From contig CAZFTR010000001.1 in assembly GCA_964522405.1 (NCBI GenBank), positions 4,602 to 68,601 on the forward strand: a DNA stretch of 64,000 nt, read 5' to 3'. The position numbers and the translations under genes are program-made. The DNA is from an uncultured Gammaproteobacteria bacterium (GTDB taxonomy: Bacteria > Patescibacteriota > Patescibacteriia > Magasanikbacterales > UBA922). Of the stretch, positions 1 to 10,900 are shown piece by piece (position 1 is the stretch's first letter; each line of letters starts with the position of its first letter). The notes under the pieces are model-generated. The model saw only the letters and a list, made by a program, of their open reading frames with translations. It was not told the DNA's origin and made no database searches.

Positions 1-106
1 ATTTTACTCCGCGTTGATATTCGTTTACCTGGCGGATACTGATAACTATTATCAGTAGTACGAAGCCGATGGCGTATCCCATATATTTTAATTAAGGATT
101 AAATTG

Positions 107-178
107 TGGGTCTGCAAGGAATCGAACCTTGATCTAAAGCTTAGAAGGCTTCTATTCTATCCGTTGAACTACAGACCC
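107..178 (-). tRNA. tRNA-Arg (anticodon TCT)
   Basis: The reverse complement GGGTCTGTAGTTCAACGGATAGAATAGAAGCCTTCTAAGCTTTAGATCAAGGTTCGATTCCTTGCAGACCCA folds as a cloverleaf: 7-bp acceptor stem GGGTCTG/CAGACCC, T-arm CAAGG-TTCGATT-CCTTG, anticodon loop CTTCTAA. CCA is not encoded. Confidence 0.8.
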
Positions 179-218
179 TTGATTTGTGTAATGAGTTTAT
201 ACTATTTTAGTCTTTTTG

Positions 219-1217
219 TCAATCCTGTTGACGATTTTTTCCATGAAATTTTTTATGTATATTTTTTAGTTCTCGGTCAGTAATGTGGGTATATATTTGG
301 GTAGTGGTGATAGAGGAGTGGCCAAGCATGCTCTGCACACTTCGAATATCTGCGCCATTCTGGAGTAAATCTGTCGCATATGAATGTCTAAGTGTGTGTG
401 GAGTTACTGGTTTTGTAATTCCAGCCATTTTTGCATATTTTTGCACACTTCTTTGAACAGATCTGGGAGTAAGCGGTATATCTTCTACAGGTTTTCCAGT
501 CTTGCCACTTACTGTCTTCTGTTTTCCGGTTCTTTTGTCATGAGAAATGAATAAATAGGGATTGATATCATATCTGGCTTCTAAATATTTCTTTATCCAA
601 TATCTGGCTTGCTCTGAAAGGAAGACAATTCTGCTTTTACCACCCTTTCCTCTTATAGTAAATTCTTCTTTTTTGAGGTTTATATCAGTTATTTTTAGCT
701 TAACTAGCTCTGACACACGAAGTCCGGCTGAAAAAAGTAATTCCAAGATTGCTTTGTCTCTAAGTGATATTAATTGCTTAGCAGAGGCTTTTTTCTTTTT
801 TTCAATTCCGGGGATTCCTTGAATCGGAGCTTCCATAAGTCTATCTAAGTCAGTTCCTTCCAGAAAACTAACTTCTCGATCTGGCATTTTCATAAGTTCT
901 ATTTTTTCCGGAGCCAAAGTCTCTACATCCCTTTTGGCTAGATATTTTAAAAATGATCTAACAGCTATAAGATGGTAATTTTGAGTATTTTTTTTGAGAG
1001 GGTCTCCATGAACATCAATAAGTCTATTGAGCCAAAGTCGATATTTACGTACTTTTTCTGCAGTTATAGCACTTGGTTTTTTATTTTCGCCAAGCCATTC
1101 AAGAAATCTGCTTAAATAAAAATGATAATTTTGTATAGTCCTATCACTACGATTTTTTTCAATTTCCAGGTATTCAAGAAATTCTTTTAAATAAATTTTC
1201 AGATTTTTTTCTGGCAT
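219..1217 (-). CDS. tyrosine site-specific recombinase, XerC/XerD-like
   Basis: The C-terminal catalytic region HTLRHSYATDLLQNGADIRSVQSMLGHSSITTTQIYTHI gives the R..H..R..Y signature of phage-integrase/Xer recombinases. The N-terminus has a SAM-like core-binding domain. Confidence 0.85.
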   Translation of the reverse strand: MPEKNLKIYLKEFLEYLEIEKNRSDRTIQNYHFYLSRFLEWLGENKKPSAITAEKVRKYRLWLNRLIDVHGDPLKKNTQNYHLIAVRSFLKYLAKRDVETLAPEKIELMKMPDREVSFLEGTDLDRLMEAPIQGIPGIEKKKKASAKQLISLRDKAILELLFSAGLRVSELVKLKITDINLKKEEFTIRGKGGKSRIVFLSEQARYWIKKYLEARYDINPYLFISHDKRTGKQKTVSGKTGKPVEDIPLTPRSVQRSVQKYAKMAGITKPVTPHTLRHSYATDLLQNGADIRSVQSMLGHSSITTTQIYTHITDRELKNIHKKFHGKNRQQD

Positions 1218-1413
1218 ATTTATATTTTACTATATATATTTTACGACACAATTTTGTCCACGTCAATTTAGATTAGTTTACTTTGTGGTTTATGCATTTA
1301 TTTGGTATAATAAATTGGACTTTTGCTAATATTTTTTGTAAAAAGTTTAAAAACCCTAAGGTTAATCCAGTCAGTTTTTCAAATGGCTTTCAATAGGGAA
1401 ATTTTTTATATTT

Positions 1414-4400
1414 ATGAATAGGCTTGAAAAGAAAACAAAGCCATTTTTGCATATCAGTGCATTTCTAACTGCTGCAGCATTTGTGGTTGCCTTTGCTTTT
1501 CTTTTTTCTGATCTTCATGCAGTAACTAAGACTTGGGATTTTGATAGTGCTTCAGATTATACCTTTGATGCAGATTATCTAAAAATAACAGATGGAAAAG
1601 CAGGGTTTGTGACATTTGATCAAACAGACGATGATAATACTCAAACAGGTTTTGGTGGTGGTACACACACAGGTACAGGCTGGAGTGCCAGTAATAACAG
1701 TCTGGGTATAGTTACCGGTACAGTTGCTCTTTATTGGAAATTTGATGAGGTAAGCGGAAATTTAGTCACTGATTCGTCCGGTAGTGGTATGAATGGAGGC
1801 TTGAATCAAAGTGATGGTTTTGATAATAACTGGGTTTTAGGAAAGTTTGCTAATGCTTTTGAATTTGCTAGCTCAACAAGTGAATCATTTGTAGCGCCAA
1901 CCTTTAATACTAAGCCAAATAGCGAACTGTATACCTCTGATATTTTTAGCGTTGCGCTTTGGGTTAGGTTAGATGAGTTGGTTGATAATAATTTTATTGA
2001 TTTATTTCATCGTATCAGCGGTGGAATTTCACGTTTGTACATGAGAGTCCAACCTACTCATAAAATAAGTTGGTCCATATGGGATGGAAGTCCGAATTGG
2101 AGTGGTTTGGTGGGGAATACTACTATTGAAATTGATAATTGGTACTATGTTGTTGGTACATATGATGGGGAAAATTTAAAGCTCTATATTAATGGTGAAT
2201 TAGATGGTTCAATGGCTAATTCCAATGGGATTGAGCAGTTTGATGGTAATAGAATCGCTGGTATAGCAACTATTACAGGAGGTCCTTATGGCGCAACTCA
2301 ACATTTGGATGGAATAGTTGATGATGTTCAATATTATTCTCGCGCCCTAAGCACAGAAGAAATATTGCATAATTACATCAACAGGCCCCCAGCCCAGCAA
2401 GGAATATTTGAATCACGTGTCATGAACAATTACGCAGCATCTTACTGGTGGTCATTAGCATGGAATCCAAAAGCTCCATATGGCAAAGAATTGCCAGATA
2501 ATCCACGTATGGGATTATTGATGCATTTTGATGAGGCAAGCGGAAGTACTGATTTTATCGATTCTTCAAGCGGTGGTAATTTAATATCATGTTCTGGCAC
2601 TTCTTGTCCGCTAACCGGCATAGCAAGTCAGCTTAGTACAGGCGCATATTTTGATGGAGTAGATGACAAGCTGGTTTTTAGTAATAGTCCTACATATAAT
2701 GCTGATGAAATCAAAGATTTTTCATTTAGTACATGGGTAAAGTCTGATTTGAGTCAGAATGGTTTTCATGTTATTGCTTCCGGAGGTTTATCTGATAACT
2801 CTGGCTGGAGTGTCTATACTTACAAAACTGCAAGTGGTGCTGAAAACGTGTATTTTGAAATAGCAAGACCTGGATATACAACTCAATACAAGATACGCGG
2901 TGTCAGTACACAAGATGATAGGTTTGTTTTTATTGGAGGTACCTATGATGCTAGTACTGATGAACTCATTATTTACAAAAATGGTAGTGGAATCGTTGGT
3001 TATGATTCAGCTGGAGCATTAACACAGGCACCTGGAGATGTTTTTGAAATTGGACAAAGAGCACTGCATTCCGGTTTTTCGGATTTTCCCTTCAGAGGTG
3101 TTATAGATGAATTTACGATTTACAATAAAAAGCTTTCAGATCAAGAGATGAGAAATCTATTTGTAGCCCAAAGACAAGGGGCTGCCATGTTGGACGACAA
3201 TGCACCTGATCGAGCTTTAGTGCTTCATATGAATGAAGCAGGAGGTAGTTCGGCGTTTAAAGACAAATCATCTTATAATAATAGCGCCTCTTGTTCTGGT
3301 AATACATGTCCTGTAGCGGGTGTAGAAGGACAAGTTGGCACAGCTTTGAAGTTTGATGGCGTTGATGATTATGTAGAGATAAGTGGTAGTAGTTTAGAAA
3401 TTTCTGATAAATTAACAATGGGTCTCTGGGTAAAACCGGAAACTAGCGGCTCGCATAAACAATTGATAAGTAAGAATCCGGCACCTGGCTCAGTGTCAAG
3501 TTATTATTTGTCATTAACAGCGCTAAAACCATGTGTTTGGCTTGGTCAAAACATGGTGGGTTGGAAATGTTCCATTAGTGCCGTACCTCTTAATGAATGG
3601 TCGTATGTTGCTGCAGTATTTGATGGTAGAAGTTTGAGAATTTATATCAATGGTGTTTTGGACAAAACATATAGTGGTCTAAGTGGTGTTATACCTACAA
3701 ACCCGGGTACATCAGTATGGCTTGGAAATAGACCTGATCTTTCCGGATATATGTATAAAGGTGGAATGGATGAAATAACCATATTCAGCAAAGCACTTTC
3801 CGCAGAAAAAATTTTAAATATATATAATGAACAAAAAATAGGAAAATTGGGATTGGAAAATATTGCCAGCGATCGCTCATTGGAAACAGCACAATACAGT
3901 GCAAGTGGAGCTAACATGACAGATAACGAATTATTATTGCATTTTAATGAAGCTTCATACAGTGGAACAGTAGATGAAGTTGTAGATAAATCAGGAAATG
4001 AGAATCACGGATTAGTGGTTGGAGGAGGCGATACTGTTGCCTATGGAAAATTAAATAGAGCAGCAAGTTTTGATGGAGTTGATGATAGTGTAACCATTGC
4101 TGATAACAATACCCTGGACACCAAGGAATCTGATTTAAGTATCGAAGCATGGATTAAACCGGAAAACGTTTCACAGGCCGGATATATCGTAACAAAACGT
4201 CTAAATGAATCTCCATGGACACAATGGGGCGTGGGAATATTTGATGGTAGTACTAATTATGGTTCAGGAAAGAAATTAGTCTGTACTTTCGGTTTAACCT
4301 CAGGTAGTGGTAGTTATTTTCATGATGTGGTGACAGTTGATGATATATTAGATGGGGATTGGCATCATGTAGTTTGTCGTGTTGATTATGGTAATAACAT

Positions 4401-7400
4401 AGAAGTATTTGTAGATGGTGTAAAAGTGGATACAAACATTATAAGAGATCAGAGTTGGACATCTCTTGAAAATGATGAACCAATTACAGTGGGTTCTGGG
4501 AATGGCGCCTTTTATTACAAGGGTTTAATTGATGAAGTTGCTGTCTATAGTCGTGCTTTATTGGATGAAGAAGTCCTAGATAGATACAAACGTGGGGCTG
4601 TTCGTGTTAAGTATCAAATTCGCTCATGCAATGACAGTGCTTGTGACGGTGAAACATATATGGGGCCGGATGGAACAGCAAGTACATATTATTCAGAATT
4701 ACAAAATAGTTTTTATTCAACTCCGGCCATAGGGCTTGCGAGTGTTCCGAATAATACGTACTTTCAGTATAAGGCAATATTTGAAACAGAAAACGCTTCA
4801 TATTTACCAGAAATATCATCAGTAACAGCAGGCCCAGATCATCAATCAATTGGTACATTTGAATTGATGCCAGCTAAGGCGTCAGCAGTATCATTTGCAA
4901 ATATAGACAGCTTCACAGATCAGGATGTTGGATTGATTACCGGTATAAATGATCCAGTGCCATACTACCAAATAACAAACCAAGGTGATCAAGAAATGCC
5001 TTCTTGGTATTTTTGGAATGGTTCAAGCTGGGCACAAACTTTTAACCCGGATGATTCCAATACTGAGTCAGAAATAAATACAAACATATCACAATTTTCA
5101 ACAGACATTGGAACTGGAAAATTCCTTTGGAAAGCATTTTTAAAAGTTATAGAAGCAGCAAAGAGTCTCAAGTTGTTCCAAGTAGAAGTAGATTACAATG
5201 CGCCTCCTACAGCTAATGTACTTGAAACAAAAGGGTCAGCAGTATATTTTGATGGGGAGAATGATTATATAACAATTCCTGATTCAGAAGGTTTTAATTT
5301 TGCAGGAAAGACGGCAAGTGTAGCCTTTTGGTTTAAGGTGCCTAATATTGAAATAATAAATCACATGATTGATCGTCAGGAGGGTGGATATCCTGGAGCA
5401 GGTTGGTATATAGGAATAAGACCAAATGGTAGATTGCACATAAATCATAGAGCCACAGATGACACTATTAATCTTTACTCAACAGCTCTTGTCAACGATA
5501 ATCAATGGCATTTCGGAGTGATAACCATTGATTCAGCTGATAATTTAGCAACAATGTATGTGGATGGAGTATTAAACTCAACCGATACCTTTGAGGGATT
5601 GATAGATAAAAATGATTCTTTCTTTATTGGTACTACTGGTGGTGGAAATTCGTCATATTATTTTAAAGGTTCAGTAGATGAAATAGCTTTTTATAATTAC
5701 AGTCTTACTCAGGAAGAAATAGACTTGTATTACAATTCAGGTAATGGCAGACGCGGTTTAGCTTCGGACAATGGATTAATTTCTGGTTGGAATTTTGACG
5801 AAGGAGCTGGAGATACCGCAAAAGACTATGGAATAAATGCCAATAATGGAGAATTATACAATGGCGCAACTTGGGTTCCAGGAAAGATTTCAGAGACAAC
5901 AAATATGTATGGTCCATATCCATATTTTTCAAGTATCTTTAATGATACCAAAGATAGTTATAAATCAGCACTTAGTTTTGATGGTGGCGGAGGATATGTT
6001 GAACTGGGAAAGAAGTTAGACGAAGAAAATATTACGGTTTTAGCTTGGATAAAGCTGGATGAACATAATTATTTTAATTATATAACCAGTAATTCCAGAG
6101 ATTGTTGTGCTAAATACGATGGGGATGAACTTAAGGTCAATGAAGGTGGTAGGCTTAGTGGTAGGATTTGGAATAATGATCCTGCAATTAGTGATTGGAA
6201 TTTAGTTAATGCAAAACTTGTTTCAAATCAGGTTTTAGCACTAGATACTTGGTACCAAGTAGCCTTTACATATGATGGCTCAACCATGGCTCTTTATGTG
6301 AATGGTGAACTTGATAATACTAAGGCCTCTACTCTCGGTATTGGTCAACCGTCTTCGTTTAATAGAACAATTGGAGCGATGGCAATGAGTCCGCATAATT
6401 ATAATTTTAGAGGTGATCTAGATGAGGTATCAATTTATGATCGTGCTCTTACAGCAGAAGAAATAGCAACTCATTATAACGGCGGTAATGGAAGATATGG
6501 TTTGGCAACAGATAGTGGATTAATAGGAGGTTGGCATTTTTATGAAGGTGCTGGAAATGCTGTGCAAGATTATAGTCCATACGGCAATCATGGAACAATA
6601 AAAAATAGTCTAGAATGGACCACAGGAGTTGTAAATGATCATGATTACGCCAACAAAGCTCGCATCCAAGTAAGTACAGATCCAAATTTTGAAAATATTA
6701 CTCACTGGGATTCAGGAGTTGAAGGTACAACACTTCCAAATTTTGTAGTTGCTTCTGAAAGATCAAAAGATATCAAATATGGCTCTCTTGGAAATGGTCC
6801 AATAATAGATTCGTTTAGTATGGCTGATGGGGACATTACCTATTATTGGCGTATAAAGTATTGGGATCATCATGGAGCAGAGGGAATATGGTCAGCTACA
6901 AGCAGTTTTACTATGCTTGACGCACCGGTTGCTCCTGGATCTGTTTCTGCTGCTAGAGTGTCAGACAATGAATTTACAGTTGGTTGGCAAGATCTTTCAA
7001 CTACAGAAGATAAATTTGTTTTAGAAAGAGACTACACACTCGGCGCTGGTGGATTTATGGGTTGGCAAAAGCTTACGGATTTAGCTCCAAACATAACCAA
7101 TTATACAGATAGTTCTACAGAAGTTGATTCAAAATACAAATATCGAGTAAAGGCAGTAAACCAAGCAGGTGAGTCAATTTATACAGAAGATCCGATAGAG
7201 CATTTCACCTCACCAAAGGCGCCTACCAGTGTAAGCTCAACCTATGATGGAGAAAATGCATTTACTGTTTCTTTTACTGATACTTCAGCAATTTCAAATA
7301 TACACGATGTAGAGAGATGTGATGATCAGATTTGTGACAATAATATCTATATGGCTGTAAGTGGTTCACCTGTTTCCACCTCGACTTTTCAAGATGCAGG

Positions 7401-10400
7401 TCTTGCTACAAACGCCAGATATAGATGGAGAGTACGTGCCTCTCTTGATCCAACTTCAGAATTGACTTCAGAATATGCCTATTCAAATTATGAGTTTAGT
7501 AAACCGCTTGCTCCAAGTAATTTTGCTTCAGAATTTGTAAGTGATAATCAGATTAATCTATCTTGGACAGATGATGTGCAATATGAGAGTGGATTTACAA
7601 TTTATGTTTCCGAGGATGGTAGTGAATATACTCCGATAACAATTGGAAACTCAACAACTACTGTTTCTCAAAATACTACAAATTATAGTTATGCTGATTC
7701 ATCCACAAATCATTCCTATAGTTTTAAGGCAAAATCATATATTGATGCTACAGCCAGTAACTCCGAGTTATTTTCAGATGATTCAGACATGACAGAAGTA
7801 ATTTATACATCACCTGTTGCGCCAACAATGTTAGCAGCAGTACCACTGAATTCAAGTAATATTCAATGGAATTTTACAGATAATTCAAATTATGAATTCG
7901 GGTATAAATTATTTACTGATGGGGGAGGAGAGATATTAAATTCAGAAAATGCAAATCTTGGCTCAATAGTTGAATCTGGCCTTTCTCCAAATACTGAATA
8001 TTCTCGTTATGTAACAACTTACAACAATTCAGGTTCTGCTTCTAGTGCAGTTACTTCAACTTATACAATCTCTGCAACTCCTTCAAACGGTCGTTCAATT
8101 TTCACATCTCAGACAGCTATAACAGTTGCCTGGGATGCAAATGGTAATCCTGATGGAACAGAATACTATATTGTCAATTCAAATACAGGTGCAAATTCCG
8201 GATGGGTAACAAAGCAAGAATTTGAGTTTAGTGATTTTAAATGTGGAAACAGTTATACTTTTGAAATAAAATCAAGAAACGCTCTAAGTCTCGAATCAAA
8301 TAATCATTCACTATCAATAAAAACAGATAATTGTTATGGTGGAGGAAGTCCAGCTACCCCACCTCCGGCATTGCCACCACCTCCAGAACCACCTAAGCCT
8401 GGAGATTTCAGCCTGGTTATAAATGAAGGTGAGCTGATTACAAACAATCTCACGGTAGTGCTTGCTATTGATGGAGGAGAAGATGCTATTATGATGGCTA
8501 TTTCAGAAGATGAAGGTTTTTTCGATACTTCTCAGATTCCATACAGTGAAGCATATGCTTTCCCATTATCAGAAGAAAATGGGACTAAGGTAGTTTATAT
8601 AAAGTTTTTTACAGAAGATGGAACTGAATCCCCAGTTATTTCTTCTGAAATTATTCTTGACACAGAAGCTCCGGAAATAATTGATCTAGAAATAGAAGAT
8701 GAATTTGAATTTGATCAAAATGTAATTGTAAAGGGAACTTCAGAAGCAGGAGCAAATATAATCCCAACTTTAAATAGTTCTCAAAAAACTGCAATTGAAA
8801 TTGATCAAGATGGAAATTGGGAAATTGATTTTGGTATTTTGGATTCAGGTGAATATATACTTGAACTGGTGACTAGAGATGGAGCTGGAAATGAGGGAGA
8901 TACTTATCTAGTTGCTTTTGTAGTTAATGAGGAGCCTATTGAAGAAGAGTCACAACCGCCGTCAGGAACAGCGACCACAACACCTGCGACAACTACCACT
9001 ACTCCGGAAGATGGCGAGGGCGGAGGATTGCCAGATCTTATAGACGAAGTTACAGACGTTATAGAAGATGTTCAGGATGCTGTGGACGAAACATATGAGG
9101 ATATAAAAGAAATAGTCAAAGAAATAATTCCATTGCCAGGACCACAAACAGGAGGTGAGTCTATAATTCCAACAGTGACCACCCAGAGCGGAAGTGAATT
9201 ATTAGGAGATGGACTATTGAGCTTTGGTTCAATAGGTCTGCCAAAAACATTTACAAATCTGGTTACCAGTTTCCCAACACTTGAAAAGACTTTTAGAGAT
9301 TTTGGAGTGAGAAATATAGCAGATCTTCATAGATTGCAGGGTGTAACTCTTGCTCTACCAACTATTGATGAACTTGTACCGGCTGATTCACTTGCTAAGT
9401 CAGCATTGGTTTTAGATACGCTTGAGGGATATACTATTGATGATTTAAGAGACGCTGCAGAAAAATTACCAACAGATGTAGTATTTTTTGAACTCAACAA
9501 TGGAAAGATTGCGCTTGCTCCGGTTGTAAATGGGGCATCATTTAGTGGAGAGGGTCCGACATTTAGAACTATACCAAATCAGGCTGTAAGCATGATTATA
9601 AGACCTTCAGAACCAGTTGAAACAATTACTTCACAGGTTGCGCTTAGAGAGCTTAGAACTAGGCAAGTTGCAGAAGCTCAAAAGAAAACAACCATACAAT
9701 CAGTAATTGATGCATTTGGGGAGACTGTCTCTGCTGTTCAGGTAAATGAAGTATCAGCAGCAGAAATAAAGGATCAAGATTTGGAAAGTACTCCTCAAGA
9801 TGAAAAAGGAAGATTTATTGTTGATCAAGTTGATTTTGAAGATTCAAATGATGATGGGGTTTATGTGGCAGATATAAATACTCCAGAAGTTTTTGGAAGT
9901 TTTGATATTATTACTGATGTTGATTATTCAACTCAGAAGAAGGACAATATCATTACCAATACCATGCTAATTGATCCTGAAGGTTATGTCTTTCACCAGA
10001 CAATTTCCGGAGAGGTTAGATTGGCAAATGCTAAAGTATCACTCTATCATTTTAGTGAAGAGTCTAGTGAATTTGAGCTTTGGGATGCAGAAAAATATGG
10101 ACAGGTAAATCCGCAGATTACAGATGATTCAGGAACTTATGCATTTTTAGTACCAGAAGGTCAGTATTATATTTCCGCACTTGCATCAACCTATAAACCA
10201 TATCAGTCACGAGGATTTACAGTACAGTCAAGTGGAAGAGGGGTACATATAAATATTGGACTTCAAAAATACTTTGATGTTGAACAATTCCTAAATATTG
10301 ATTATATAATTGTTACCATATTGATTGTCCTTTTAATACTTATGGTAAGAAGACTATTCAAAGGGATTAGAAAAATGAAAAAATACGATGATTATAATTA

Positions 10401-10401
10401 A
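1414..10401 (+). CDS. giant (2995 aa) cell-surface protein with an N-terminal signal/TM, six or more LamG (concanavalin-A-like, Laminin_G_3) repeats, several fibronectin-III-like domains, Pro-rich and Thr-rich linkers, and a C-terminal TM anchor
   Basis: Recurrent LamG motifs (L[KR][LI]Y[IV]NG..D) run with ALSFDGVDD...W.K and DE..IY.RALS..EI blocks at about aa 255, 520, 740, 975, 1380 and 1625. FN3-like SWTD/VGWQD segments lie at about aa 1850-2300. Linkers are PATPPPALPPPPEPPKPG and TATTTPATTTTTPEDGEGGG. The C-terminal hydrophobic helix IIVTILIVLLILMV is followed by RRLFKGIRKMKK. Confidence 0.8.
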   Translation: MNRLEKKTKPFLHISAFLTAAAFVVAFAFLFSDLHAVTKTWDFDSASDYTFDADYLKITDGKAGFVTFDQTDDDNTQTGFGGGTHTGTGWSASNNSLGIVTGTVALYWKFDEVSGNLVTDSSGSGMNGGLNQSDGFDNNWVLGKFANAFEFASSTSESFVAPTFNTKPNSELYTSDIFSVALWVRLDELVDNNFIDLFHRISGGISRLYMRVQPTHKISWSIWDGSPNWSGLVGNTTIEIDNWYYVVGTYDGENLKLYINGELDGSMANSNGIEQFDGNRIAGIATITGGPYGATQHLDGIVDDVQYYSRALSTEEILHNYINRPPAQQGIFESRVMNNYAASYWWSLAWNPKAPYGKELPDNPRMGLLMHFDEASGSTDFIDSSSGGNLISCSGTSCPLTGIASQLSTGAYFDGVDDKLVFSNSPTYNADEIKDFSFSTWVKSDLSQNGFHVIASGGLSDNSGWSVYTYKTASGAENVYFEIARPGYTTQYKIRGVSTQDDRFVFIGGTYDASTDELIIYKNGSGIVGYDSAGALTQAPGDVFEIGQRALHSGFSDFPFRGVIDEFTIYNKKLSDQEMRNLFVAQRQGAAMLDDNAPDRALVLHMNEAGGSSAFKDKSSYNNSASCSGNTCPVAGVEGQVGTALKFDGVDDYVEISGSSLEISDKLTMGLWVKPETSGSHKQLISKNPAPGSVSSYYLSLTALKPCVWLGQNMVGWKCSISAVPLNEWSYVAAVFDGRSLRIYINGVLDKTYSGLSGVIPTNPGTSVWLGNRPDLSGYMYKGGMDEITIFSKALSAEKILNIYNEQKIGKLGLENIASDRSLETAQYSASGANMTDNELLLHFNEASYSGTVDEVVDKSGNENHGLVVGGGDTVAYGKLNRAASFDGVDDSVTIADNNTLDTKESDLSIEAWIKPENVSQAGYIVTKRLNESPWTQWGVGIFDGSTNYGSGKKLVCTFGLTSGSGSYFHDVVTVDDILDGDWHHVVCRVDYGNNIEVFVDGVKVDTNIIRDQSWTSLENDEPITVGSGNGAFYYKGLIDEVAVYSRALLDEEVLDRYKRGAVRVKYQIRSCNDSACDGETYMGPDGTASTYYSELQNSFYSTPAIGLASVPNNTYFQYKAIFETENASYLPEISSVTAGPDHQSIGTFELMPAKASAVSFANIDSFTDQDVGLITGINDPVPYYQITNQGDQEMPSWYFWNGSSWAQTFNPDDSNTESEINTNISQFSTDIGTGKFLWKAFLKVIEAAKSLKLFQVEVDYNAPPTANVLETKGSAVYFDGENDYITIPDSEGFNFAGKTASVAFWFKVPNIEIINHMIDRQEGGYPGAGWYIGIRPNGRLHINHRATDDTINLYSTALVNDNQWHFGVITIDSADNLATMYVDGVLNSTDTFEGLIDKNDSFFIGTTGGGNSSYYFKGSVDEIAFYNYSLTQEEIDLYYNSGNGRRGLASDNGLISGWNFDEGAGDTAKDYGINANNGELYNGATWVPGKISETTNMYGPYPYFSSIFNDTKDSYKSALSFDGGGGYVELGKKLDEENITVLAWIKLDEHNYFNYITSNSRDCCAKYDGDELKVNEGGRLSGRIWNNDPAISDWNLVNAKLVSNQVLALDTWYQVAFTYDGSTMALYVNGELDNTKASTLGIGQPSSFNRTIGAMAMSPHNYNFRGDLDEVSIYDRALTAEEIATHYNGGNGRYGLATDSGLIGGWHFYEGAGNAVQDYSPYGNHGTIKNSLEWTTGVVNDHDYANKARIQVSTDPNFENITHWDSGVEGTTLPNFVVASERSKDIKYGSLGNGPIIDSFSMADGDITYYWRIKYWDHHGAEGIWSATSSFTMLDAPVAPGSVSAARVSDNEFTVGWQDLSTTEDKFVLERDYTLGAGGFMGWQKLTDLAPNITNYTDSSTEVDSKYKYRVKAVNQAGESIYTEDPIEHFTSPKAPTSVSSTYDGENAFTVSFTDTSAISNIHDVERCDDQICDNNIYMAVSGSPVSTSTFQDAGLATNARYRWRVRASLDPTSELTSEYAYSNYEFSKPLAPSNFASEFVSDNQINLSWTDDVQYESGFTIYVSEDGSEYTPITIGNSTTTVSQNTTNYSYADSSTNHSYSFKAKSYIDATASNSELFSDDSDMTEVIYTSPVAPTMLAAVPLNSSNIQWNFTDNSNYEFGYKLFTDGGGEILNSENANLGSIVESGLSPNTEYSRYVTTYNNSGSASSAVTSTYTISATPSNGRSIFTSQTAITVAWDANGNPDGTEYYIVNSNTGANSGWVTKQEFEFSDFKCGNSYTFEIKSRNALSLESNNHSLSIKTDNCYGGGSPATPPPALPPPPEPPKPGDFSLVINEGELITNNLTVVLAIDGGEDAIMMAISEDEGFFDTSQIPYSEAYAFPLSEENGTKVVYIKFFTEDGTESPVISSEIILDTEAPEIIDLEIEDEFEFDQNVIVKGTSEAGANIIPTLNSSQKTAIEIDQDGNWEIDFGILDSGEYILELVTRDGAGNEGDTYLVAFVVNEEPIEEESQPPSGTATTTPATTTTTPEDGEGGGLPDLIDEVTDVIEDVQDAVDETYEDIKEIVKEIIPLPGPQTGGESIIPTVTTQSGSELLGDGLLSFGSIGLPKTFTNLVTSFPTLEKTFRDFGVRNIADLHRLQGVTLALPTIDELVPADSLAKSALVLDTLEGYTIDDLRDAAEKLPTDVVFFELNNGKIALAPVVNGASFSGEGPTFRTIPNQAVSMIIRPSEPVETITSQVALRELRTRQVAEAQKKTTIQSVIDAFGETVSAVQVNEVSAAEIKDQDLESTPQDEKGRFIVDQVDFEDSNDDGVYVADINTPEVFGSFDIITDVDYSTQKKDNIITNTMLIDPEGYVFHQTISGEVRLANAKVSLYHFSEESSEFELWDAEKYGQVNPQITDDSGTYAFLVPEGQYYISALASTYKPYQSRGFTVQSSGRGVHINIGLQKYFDVEQFLNIDYIIVTILIVLLILMVRRLFKGIRKMKKYDDYN

Positions 10402-10412
10402 TAAATAATAAT

Positions 10413-10826
10413 ATGGGAAGATTTCGTGATACAATGCACAAGCCTGTCACTCTTGAAACTGTAATTATCTCAGTGATAATTGTTGCGCTGGTAGTTACAA
10501 ATATTTTGAGTTTCCTTAAATTAAATGAATACAAAGCTCGGGCAATTTCTCTTCAGCAGAAAAATACCATTCAGAGAAATATTATGAATTCAGAAAGGCA
10601 ATTATCAGATTTTTTTGCTTTTCTTCTTTCAAAGGTTTTGGTAGCAGAGGGAGAAATTACTTTTGAAGACAGATTAGCTCTTGAAAATAAAGTAAGATCA
10701 CTTGGTCATGAGGATATTTTGGCAAGTTGGAACGCTTTTACTATCGCAGAAACAGAGTTGCAGGCTCAGGAGAGAATTAGAGGTCTTCTAGGGCTTGTAG
10801 CAAATAAAATGCAGACAGAAAATTAG
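10413..10826 (+). CDS. hypothetical protein with an N-terminal TM helix
   Basis: The ORF starts 12 nt after the giant gene's stop and carries a hydrophobic N-terminus, VIISVIIVALVVTNILSFL. No family recognised. Confidence 0.5.
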   Translation: MGRFRDTMHKPVTLETVIISVIIVALVVTNILSFLKLNEYKARAISLQQKNTIQRNIMNSERQLSDFFAFLLSKVLVAEGEITFEDRLALENKVRSLGHEDILASWNAFTIAETELQAQERIRGLLGLVANKMQTEN

Positions 10827-10900
10827 TTTTCTAAAAAAATTATAAACAGTCGCATTTCAAATGTGACTTTTTTGCTTTTAAAAACTATTACTTAAAAATT

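Noticed and set aside
107-1217. tRNA-Arg adjacent to a tyrosine recombinase as the integration junction of a genomic island
   Set aside because: The recombinase lies on the 5' side of the tRNA rather than beyond its 3' end. Its catalytic domain is nearly the XerC/XerD consensus. I found no direct repeat of the tRNA 3' end. A chromosomal Xer recombinase is more parsimonious. The tRNA 3' flank lies only ~100 nt from the window edge, so an island extending outside the window cannot be excluded.
3642-9147. Numerous 60-90-aa ORFs on both strands inside the 2995-aa gene
   Set aside because: All are embedded in a continuous, domain-rich 9-kb reading frame. They have biased His/Leu/Gln or Cys compositions typical of spurious frames.
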